From contig RBZT01000500.1 of the NCBI GenBank assembly GCA_003693705.1, positions 103,725-167,724 of the forward strand: 64,000 nucleotides of DNA. The letters are read 5' to 3'. This DNA is from Polymyxa betae A26-41 (Eukaryota > Protista > Endomyxa: Phytomyxea). The notes below the pieces were generated by a model. That model ran no database searches. It was not told the origin of the DNA and saw nothing but the letters and a program-made list of their open reading frames with translations. This document shows positions 51,223 through 61,006 of the stretch, piece by piece. A program made the translations under genes and the position numbers. How positions within the stretch are numbered: position 1 is the first letter of the stretch; every line of letters begins with the position of its first letter.

Positions 51223-52706
51223 TTAATCCTTCGTTTCTAAGACCGGCAGATTGTCTTCATCGTTAACGATATGGAATTGGATTGAAGCTTTCATAGAATC
51301 GTGCCTACCGACATCGGAAGAAGAAAGACTATTCAAGAATTTGCAGAGCTTAACGGCGGCATCCTGAAGCGGTTTTCGGGAGCGTGTTGGAGGATGCCAA
51401 ATTGTTCTGTCAGAGTGTAGCCGAGTTAACCGTAACCGATCCATAAAGGTGGGAATCAAACGAATATGGCGAAGTTCGCCGTAGACAGGAGAGATATCCA
51501 CAACAATCCAGGCACCAAATTCCGGATACTTCTCATCTCCAGGATTCATGAACCCTTCGTAATCGTTGATGAGATCGCCGGCTCCGTAAACAATCAACTT
51601 TTGCCGGTAGCGCTCAAACCCACGAATATGATGAGACGAATGTCCATATATCAAATGGACGCCACATTCCTGAAATCGCATATCAGAACGCCAATCGGCA
51701 AATAAGCAGCAAAAGCCATACATCAATTAGCCGATGTGCGAACATTTGACGATAGAGTTGGCCATCGTTGTACCTGTAGGCCCAATTAGGACCCCAATGA
51801 ATCGACAGGATGCGAATAACGCCAGATGCCGGATGATCGTGCGGTTCGAAGACGCGTTTGGCGATGGTAAAGGCGCGATCGACATCCTCCTCAGAGCGAA
51901 GCGCAGGCAGATAAATCAAGCCGGATCGGTTCTCCATCGCTGCCCAGGATGAAGGGGTCCCCGAGCTAAGCTGCAACATCAGACCAGAAATTCACGCACC
52001 AGAGTGGACCGTACCAGCCCGTCGCCATCGCGAAGGTTTGCAGATGCGAGTCGCCGATATTCAAGGTGAACGGCCGTGCGGCATCAGCGAAATCAGCGCC
52101 GGCGCCGACCATGTTGAATCGGCCTCGCAGTAGAGGCAGCGATTCCTGCTCGAAGGCGCGCCGCCCGAAATCGAGCGCATGATTGTTGGCGAAAGCGATA
52201 ACGAAGGGCGTCGGGGACGAATCCCCATGCGCTTCAGCAGCAAAAGCCTCGAAAAGTTCGGGAAGATTATCGCAATGCAGATGGTAGTTGATGCCCTTCT
52301 GGAGAGGGACGTCATCATTAAAGATCGAGGTGGTGACGGCAGTCTCCAGATTGAGGATTCGAAGATCGGGAGGTTGGCCGAATTGCAGGCCAAGATAATC
52401 GCCCCAGATATAATGCCCATGGCGGTTCAGGTCGCGAATCTCGTTCAGGCTGGGATCGGTACGCGGATCATGGCCGGGATGTAGAGCTGCCTGAAGATAA
52501 TAGGAAGCGGGCATGGAGTCGTGGATTTCGGCATCACCTGACGTCTGATGCCAACATGACAGCTGGACGCCACGACCAAGCATGTTATCGCCGCCATTGA
52601 GCAAAATTCGAATGGAGCGCTTCGTGGCGGTCATGGAATGAAATGGCGCGGGCTGCATCCTGCAATTTGGACCATTCGGCACAAATGATTCTCTTGCGTC
52701 CGCCAT
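51223..52706 (-). CDS. CapA/PGA_cap family metallophosphoesterase-fold protein, 3 exons (start may be later, at MTATKRS)
   Basis: GGDNMLGRGV, NLETAVT, KGINYH, ANNHALDFG, SIHWGPNW, GHSSHH, YGAGDLINDYEG. Confidence 0.9.
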
Positions 52707-53772
52707 CGGTGATAATCCGGCTTGATACGTTTAGTTGAATACAGATAATCTGATGGGCTTGGGCATCCATTGGCCTATTCGAATTCAGATTGGTCTCTCC
52801 TAGATGAAATAGATCCATCCATCCAATCCATTCATGGTCTGTGTCGTTCTGGTACAGCAATAGGATCAAATCATCAGCTCGAGCAGAACCGCCTCGACAC
52901 CGCCAAAGTCGCGTGTAGTCTCATTCATTGATTGAAATGTGATCATGGCTCCGATTTTCTATCACCTCTTTAACTTCGCTTCTATGCTTATGTTACATTG
53001 GCAGTGGAGGAGACAGGAGTGAAGGAGTGACATGATACGGGGTTGCGCTGCGATGAAGAAATCTCCCTATTTGATGGCGCAGCCCTTCCAAACGTAACCG
53101 GCAACCTTCCTCAGTACCAGTCGATAGGTAAGAGCTGACATCTTCCGACCATCAACACTTGGAAATGAAGATGGCCCATAATAGGAATGTCTTAATGTTC
53201 ATTGTGGAGATTAACAATGCGAGCCGAATGACGACGATTTCAAAATGAAGATACCGTTCAACATCAAGGCGGGCCAATCCTCAACAGTGACCGCTTAACG
53301 GCGATTTCCCATATCTTTCCGGTTGACTGTTGCGCGAAGTGGCTGGCGCTATGTGCTGACGATAACGCCATGACGTGAAGTGACAGCATGTGCTACCCTA
53401 TTTTACGTGACCGTTGCGTTACCAAGTGTTAAGTAGCCTTCGAGTACTTGCGGCCGGCTATTCTACGTATATTCGGAACGTTCTCGTTTTGGCCTTGTTT
53501 TCATGTTAAAGCGATCTAGTCCTTATGTGTCTAGATTGTATGCACCCGGGTCCATGTGGAAGCTGGAGACCTTACCTGCTACTGAATGTAGGCAGAATCT
53601 GATCCATGCTCTGAACTCGTTTGCTGAAAATCCCAAAACCATGAATGTTGCACACTCTTATGAGTCCTGATGTTCTCGACGCCAAACCGTCTCCAGATAT
53701 TCAATTAATCGTCTTTCAAAAACATCTATAAAAATAGAAGGCCTGGCACTGCTAGATGCAGCTGGCAAACGA

Positions 53773-53796
53773 TTTAGGGGTAGGGTTTTAGGGTTT
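53773..53796. repeat. Telomere-like (telo-box-like) tract upstream of dihydroorotase
   Basis: tttaggggtagggttttagggttt, about 70 bp before the ATG. Confidence 0.6.
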
Positions 53797-53862
53797 CGGC
53801 TCCAAGTTGCAATCCCGCAACCATCGACATCTGTCTGCTCTGTGTCTTTGACGTTACATTCA

Positions 53863-55292
53863 ATGATGTCTCGTAATTCAATCACTATTCGTAAAGCTGA
53901 TGATATGCATCTTCATGTTCGTGATGGGGACGCCCTAGCCACTACCATCACCATGGCTCTACCGCATACTGCTCGAGCCATTATCATGCCGAATCTGACG
54001 CCTCCCATCACCACCACAGAGATGGCTCGTGCTTATCGCGATCGTGTTCTGTCTCATACAGGCAATCGTCAATTCACTCCATTGATGACTCTGTATTTAA
54101 CAGACCAAACCACGCCCGAAGAGATCCTTACTGCTTCAACATCTGGAATTGTATTTGCCTGTAGAGATTTCTACGCTTTTAGTTGATTCTGCTGAGCTTC
54201 GTTTAGGTAAACTATATCCTTGTGGAGCGACGACCAATAGTGCTTCGGGCGTGACCAACATCGAAGGGAGATATCCGGTCTTCAGAGCAATGGCCCAATG
54301 CCAAATGCTGCTTTTGGTTCATTCGGAAGTCACCGACGCCGACGTCGATATCTTTGATCGCGAACGTATTTTTATCGAGAGGTGACTTTCATCTTATCAT
54401 AATTTATTTGTTCACATTTCTCTTCAGGTACATCGACGGAATTGTTCGGAACGTTCCTGGTCTGAAAATTGTACTGGAGCACATCACTACCAAATTCGCT
54501 GTGGATTATGTACTCGCATCGCCAGCCAATATCGCGGCTACAATCACGCCGCATCATTTATTGGAGAATAGGTTCGTCTTAGGATCTGTTTATGCTCTTG
54601 ACGTGTTTTGATATTTCTGGGTCCAGGAATGCATTGTTTAAGGGCGGTCTACGACCCCATTTCTATTGCTTGCCGGTCTTGAAAACGGAATCTGATCGAA
54701 GAGCCTTGCTGTCGGCGGCCACCAGCGGATCGCCAAAGTTCTTTATGGGCACAGATAGTGCTCCTCATTCAAAGCATAATAAGGTGCAAATTCACTTAAT
54801 ATACCATACGAGTATGGTTCAGTGGAATCTTTATTACTCGAATTATGTCTTTAGTTGAAATTTGGGTGTGTTGATAGCCAAACTTCTTTTTCAACCGATG
54901 TTTCCTTGCGTCGTCCTTTAACTTATGTTCTTCTAATTTGTGATTGTTCGGCCTCTGGATGCTCAATTCTTTCCACAGGAGACGGAGAAGTGTAGCGCTG
55001 GATGCTTTGTCGGATATGCATCTCTTCAGTTGTATGCCGACGTTTTTGATTCGGTTGGAAAGCTGGACAAGCTCCAAGATTTCACCAGCGTATTGTGACT
55101 GCCTCTGTTCTTCATTGTAGCTTAATCACATTGCTTCAGACATTTGGAGCGCTGTTTTACGGTCTCGGCCAAAATGAAGAGCTGGTGACACTCGAAAAAA
55201 AGTCCTGGACAGTCCCGGAATCATTCCCATATCAGGACGGAGTCGTCGTACCATTTCGTTCTGGAGAGAAGCTGCAATGGACAATTGTATAA
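53863..55292 (+). CDS. pyrC: Dihydroorotase, monofunctional E. coli/URA4 type, multi-exon
   Basis: [55 protein letters not shown]. Confidence 0.96.
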
Positions 55293-56030
55293 TAGTGGAC
55301 GAAGAAGCTGCAGTTGAGCAAGTCTAGCGAAGATCTCTTGTTTAGTTAAATGAATATTAATTCGATATTGGACAGGTTCGTACTAAAACTTTGCCTTTGC
55401 CTCAGAATTGGTAAATGCTCAGATAGAATTGACTTGATGGGACAAACTGTCCTCTTTTCTTGAAGCAACCCTTTTCCCAAGACTTCAAAAATCTGTAGGA
55501 AGGATTGTTACGTTGCTAAAAACGCACTCGGAGCCGTACGTAGAACTGTTATCAAGAAAACAAAATACCGTATCTGGCGGAAAGGTTGGCTTAGGAAAAA
55601 CATGTCGACATCACAAAATCATCAACGATACAGTCGGTTTTGATTTACCCGTCATTATTGGTAATACATTCTTTTTTCAAATTGAGGTGTTCAATTAGTT
55701 CAATGCTTTTGCAGTCGACTGGAGCCTCAGAATTATCAGATTCCGTGTTGTTGCACCGACCGAATGAAAGCGTCACTGAAAGTGACTCGATGAATCCGTT
55801 TGATTTTTTCTTCGCAGGACTTCTTCGCACGGAAAAATGGATGTCATGAAGCTCCCGAGACAAACATTTCCTGATGGTCTCATCGGGAGACCGCTACTGG
55901 GTATTGATCTGAGACCCATCGTCGGGCGAGGAAAATATCTGCAGTACGACCGAGTACAGGAGCTGATGCGAGAAAAGTTTCAGAAATTCAATCAATGGTC
56001 GCTTCAGCTGGACGAGAAACGAATCCGACA

Positions 56031-57788
56031 ATGACGGAGTCAACAAAAACCGCCACAGCTGCAAACGAAGGCACGACGCCGATACCGCCAGATCTCGGCG
56101 TCTTTCGTAGCGAAGCTGTTCAATTTTTAAGAAGGTAAACGTGACATCTGGCTGCGAACAGAGAAGATTAATTTAGTGCAATATAGGGCGTTAGAAGAGC
56201 AACAACGATGCAGCGAAATGTACGCCCGTGAGATTCAATTATTACGAAAGGATGTGAAGTCGCGCGAATCTGGAACGGCCAGCATGGTCGCCTTTTTGCA
56301 AAAACGCATGAAAGTTTGCTGAAAACCGACGCCGTTTGGAATCGTAATTGATAGCGATTGTTAGGCGGTCGAGACCGAACATGAAGAGGTTTCCGCAAAG
56401 CTGGAAGCCTTTTTAGCCAATGAATCGGCGCATATCGCAGCGGTCGATGCAGATTGTGCAGGGAAGGTGGCAGCCGCCCAACGCCAAGCAGCCATTCAAG
56501 TCGAAGAGCTGAAGCGAAAGCTCGCCGAAGCCGAAGTAAACTGCCTGCTTTTAGCCTGGGCGCTTTCTGATCCATTACAGGCGCAGCTAACAGCGTTAGC
56601 GACGTTTCGCGACCAGAAGAGTACCGTTGAGGGTGAGATCGAACGTCTGAAGCGCGAACTAATCGCACGCGAGAAGACGTTTCAGCAGCAAACCGAATTA
56701 CTTGAACGGCAACATCGAGCTGAACTCGTCAAGGTAAAGAATGACGACCAAAGGCCCGTTCGCTGACATCGGCTAAAGGGTCGGCAATCATGCTTAGCTG
56801 AAATCGCTTCGGTCCATGAGACGTCACGCCGTATAGCCGAAGACGATCTTAATGCCGAATCGAAACGGCTCCGGGTCGAGAGGGCCCGCCTTCACTCCGA
56901 ACTGCAATTCCATGAGGCGCAGACGGAACGCCTAATGGAGGAGAACGAAAAGCTACAAAAGCAGTTGAGAGTCAGTCAGCTCGGTTCTGAAACGTCGTTG
57001 ACGAACTCGGCGCCTTCAGGAGCTTCGCCAGGAGCTGGACATTCAGAATGAGAAGGAGCGCCATTATGCAGCACGAGGTGCCCAACAGCAACGCAAGATT
57101 CGCGAACTCTCTCGTAAAGTGGAGAGCGCCGAAAACGACGCCGTCCGCCAAGCATTGAATGGAAGGAAAGAGGTCGAAAAGGTGAACGAAAGTAGGTTCG
57201 ACTGGCCAGTTCTGAAGAACGTCGAACCAGGTTCAGAAAACGGTTGAGGCCGAGCTTGCCACCCTGAGGATTGAAGCGGCAGAATGTCGATCGCTGGCGA
57301 CGTTGCGGGAGAAAGAACTAAAACAAATGAGGCAATTAGCTGGGGTCGGTCTTCCTCTCATTCGCTATAACAATTTGCTTGTTTTCTATTTCATCGGTTC
57401 TTAACCTAACTGAACTCAGTTCGTATTTTTTGTTGATAATGTGTGCAGTTAATTGCATCGCAAAACTCTAAATCCAAATTAGGCAATTTTAACGCAAAGG
57501 ACGCAGATCGAGCGGTTCTTCCATGAAGCAGTCAGGGAAGTTCGGGCTCAGAGTCAAAAAGAAACGAAAGAGAAACCGACGAGGCGTCGTGCGACAGGAG
57601 ATGATTATCTGGATTTAGAACCGAGTGAACGGAATCGTATCCTGCATCTGATGTTCGCCAGGCTCAAGGGACGTCGATCGAACCCGACCCAGACCCCGGC
57701 ACACTCCTTCCAAACAACCACCAAAACGCGACTGCCGCCGCCGTATGTCGAGCCCGAGTTTCAGTTCGTCACCGAGAAGGATCATTAG
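56031..57788 (+). CDS. BBOF1: Basal body orientation factor 1 (CCDC176)-like coiled-coil protein, multi-exon
   Basis: Long coiled coil; LQFH, KQMRQLA..ILTQRTQIERFFHEAVREVR, DLEPSERNRILHLMFARL. Confidence 0.75.
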
Positions 57789-58063
57789 CGATTTTAATAT
57801 AAGAATGAACAAAACTTCGAAAAGTTGAAAAAATTTGAGAAACTCCTTCGCAGTTTATTTTTCGCGCTGTCCGAAAAGTGCAAACTTATAACAAGTTTGT
57901 ATGGCAAATTGGCAATACATAGTTTGTGCGGAGAAACGTGCCAACGCGCGGCAGCTTGTCGTCATCCAAGTCCACGAAAGTCGAAGGTTCCCTGCTGACC
58001 TACCATGCGCAGACTCGAAATGGTGGGCTGAGGCGACGGGCATAGTCGACGTGCAGGATCTTA

Positions 58064-59311
58064 ATGATGGCAGCGTCCGATTTGGGAACGTCACTGGAAT
58101 CCACGCTCACTTGCCCCATCTGTTATGAGCGCCTACAAATCCCGGTTCAATTACCCTGCTCACATTCCTGTAATCAATCGGATTGGTTAATGGCTGTCGT
58201 ACTTATGATATTGTAGTTTGTTCGGTCTGTATCCGAAATTGGTTGAAGAGCGACAAACGCTGTCCGGTCTGTAGCGAACACGCTAAACCTTCCAATCTGG
58301 TTCCAAATCGCATCGCGGAACAGATTTTAGAGCTATTGAAATTGCATGAGTCTGATGTCAAGCAACCCGCTCAAGCAACCGCTCAAGCAACCGCTCTAAA
58401 CTTGAAGCCCGACGAAAATCGCACCTCTTGCCCTATTTGCAGCCAAATTGTCGCATTGGATGACATCAATTCGCATTTGGATAAATGTCCAGGCAAGCAT
58501 GAAGGAAAGAGGTCCCGGCAGAGGTATTAACTTCAACTTTCATGTTTGAAGAAAACCATAAATGCCTGCAGGCTACCGGTTGTCTCTCTGAATATCGTGT
58601 CCGACAAAGCTCTACGAAATCAGCTTATCAGCTTTGGACTAAGCACGAAGGGATCTCGCACAGAGCTAGAAAACCGCTGGTCTTGCTTCGCGATTTTATT
58701 CGAAGCCAACCAAGATCGACCAAATCCGGCTCCCCTAAGCGAGGTCCGTCCTTGCATTAATTGTTGTGACGCTCATAACGATCCGCATGCAGGTATTCCG
58801 GAGAGTAGAAAGCGAAGAACGCGCACGAAATCGTCGCCACAATGAAGCGCCGTCCCCATTCAGGCGGAATGTTAACACTCTCGGTAACCACCCGCCTTAT
58901 GCTGTTGTCGCTGCCTTCGATAATTGATATTTTAGGGACCGGGGACAGTTCGTTCCACAGTTTGGTATCGCAGCTGCAGCAGCAGAAGAAGAAACGGAAA
59001 CTGGCCGAGTCAGTCGATGCTGAATCACGCAACGACGAAGATAAATCGCATCCAAATGAGTTAAAGAATGCCGAGTCGCATGCGAGCGATGCTTCATCAG
59101 GTGGCATTAAGAATGAAGATGATAAGCTGCCTTGGCCTTGGCGGAAAAGTTGGTATTTTGTAACTGTTCCATGATTGGTAATATTGAATCCAGATGGATA
59201 GTTTATCTACCCGCTTATGGACGTCCGATGTATTACAACAGGGATACACGTGAAGGAACATTTCGCTGTCCGATACATTCAGCGAACTGCTCTGATTTGC
59301 TGCGTCCCTGA
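58064..59311 (+). CDS. RAD18: RAD18-like E3 ligase (RING-UBZ4-SAP) with a C-terminal WW-like domain, multi-exon
   Basis: CPICYE..PCSHSFCSVCIR..CPVC; CPICSQ..INSHLDKC; LRNQLISFGLSTKGSRTELENRW..ANQD. Confidence 0.85.
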
Positions 59312-59701
59312 ATGGCATTACATCCCCAACTTAAAATAAGGAGATCTTGCGTTCCTATATTATTATTAGCCTTAAGGCTTAAGATGATTAAAACATTTAC
59401 TTTATATATTTACATTACTGATGGCCGGTACTGGTAACAGCATGAGATCACTGCTTAACACAGTATCCTACATTGAACAGCTGACGTCAATATTCTCAGA
59501 ATCGGACTTGAACTGCTTGCGACTATAGACTGATTCTAATCAATGGTAAAGCCATCGAACTTGATTCTCTTTCTAGCACAATTCTTGCACGAGACGTTTT
59601 CTCTCTTTGAAAAACGTAACATAAAGAAGTCAGGCAGACGATCTGCGCAGCCCCCTCCTGCCTCATCATCTCATTTGGCCGTTCTGGGTCCATGATATGA
59701 C

Positions 59702-61006
59702 ATGAGCGGATCTGAATGGGATGGCTCGTTCAAGACGTTCCAGGCCATGCGCCTCATTCCCGATGTTGTTCGTGGTCTGAAACGTTCCGGATGTGAACAA
59801 CCCACCCAGGTCCAACAGGAAGCGATCGTCCCGCTGCTCTACCATCGAGATATCATTGTCGAAGCTGACATCGGGTCGGGTGTGACGACCACCTATGGTG
59901 CCGCCGTCCTTCATCTATGTGATCCCAGGACACATTTCGTTCAAGCTGTGATCGCGACAGCTTCTTATCGCTATGCGGAACAAATTTATAACGTCCTGAG
60001 ACGTCTGTCTCACTATTTGAATCTCAAAACGCATCTGTGTGGTAGCGCGACATCTACAGAGATCGAAATGAGAGATCTGGCTGCTGCTCCAGTTCATATA
60101 ATTATCGGGACCGCTTCCAGCATACATTCAATGGCACATCATGGGCAGATTCGCATCTCGAGAGCCACCATCTGCATCATCGACAAGACCAACGAAATCT
60201 TCTCCAGAAACCTTCAGGACTCTGTTTTAGCTATCAGTCGATATGTGTCGTCGCGAGCTCAATATGCCTTCTTCTCCGAAACTATGCCCAAGCAGATGGA
60301 CGCGTTCGCGTCCCAGCTGGGCCTGAAATGCACCCGCATCACGGTTCGGAAGCATCCGACGACATCAGGGGCCAGTTCGTCCTCACCTAGTCAGCAAATA
60401 TCTTTATCTGGCATCCAGCATTTCTATCTGCTTGATGACGATTATACCATTTTCCGACAGCTCGAACAGCTTCTGCCAATGTCGCCGGCGATAGTGTTCG
60501 GCGGCGCTCGTGGGCGTGTGGAAAGTACGGCGGCTACTTTACGGAAGACCATTCGTGAGGTCGGCTCGCTGCATGCAGCATCGTCCGATACCGAGAGGGG
60601 AATTGTCCTACAGCAGTTTCGAGCAGGGATCCTGAAAATCGTTGTCGTTTCTGATGAAGTCCTTAGCGAACCCGATCTGGTTCAATCGCCGCTAATTATC
60701 AACATCGGGCTACCATCTTCGATCGAAATGTATGGGCAGCGAATCTGCCGTCCTGATCGCAAGGAGAAGCAGTCAGTTGTTATTAATATCGTCAGACCTG
60801 ACGAGCTAGGCCTGCTGGGTAAAATTGAGGAGCGATTTGGGATCGAGATCCAAGAGTTGCCGATGACCGAGGAGGAAGTCGAGGCTGAAGAGGACGAAGA
60901 CGTTCAAGTTCGATTGCCGGATCTGATTCAGCCTGTTGCAGTCGAGCCTATTCAGAGCATCGCTCTCGATTCCGATGACGACGCCTTCGGCCTTTATACA
61001 ATGTGA
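59702..61006 (+). CDS. eIF4A-like DEAD-box protein with degenerate catalytic motifs, intronless
   Basis: eIF4A-like frame (F..M.L..G.EQPT.VQQ.AI.P, SLSGIQHFY, IEERFGIEIQELP), but motif I is GSGVT, II is DKTN, III is SET, VI is QRICRPDR. Confidence 0.85.
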   Translation: MSGSEWDGSFKTFQAMRLIPDVVRGLKRSGCEQPTQVQQEAIVPLLYHRDIIVEADIGSGVTTTYGAAVLHLCDPRTHFVQAVIATASYRYAEQIYNVLRRLSHYLNLKTHLCGSATSTEIEMRDLAAAPVHIIIGTASSIHSMAHHGQIRISRATICIIDKTNEIFSRNLQDSVLAISRYVSSRAQYAFFSETMPKQMDAFASQLGLKCTRITVRKHPTTSGASSSSPSQQISLSGIQHFYLLDDDYTIFRQLEQLLPMSPAIVFGGARGRVESTAATLRKTIREVGSLHAASSDTERGIVLQQFRAGILKIVVVSDEVLSEPDLVQSPLIINIGLPSSIEMYGQRICRPDRKEKQSVVINIVRPDELGLLGKIEERFGIEIQELPMTEEEVEAEEDEDVQVRLPDLIQPVAVEPIQSIALDSDDDAFGLYTM

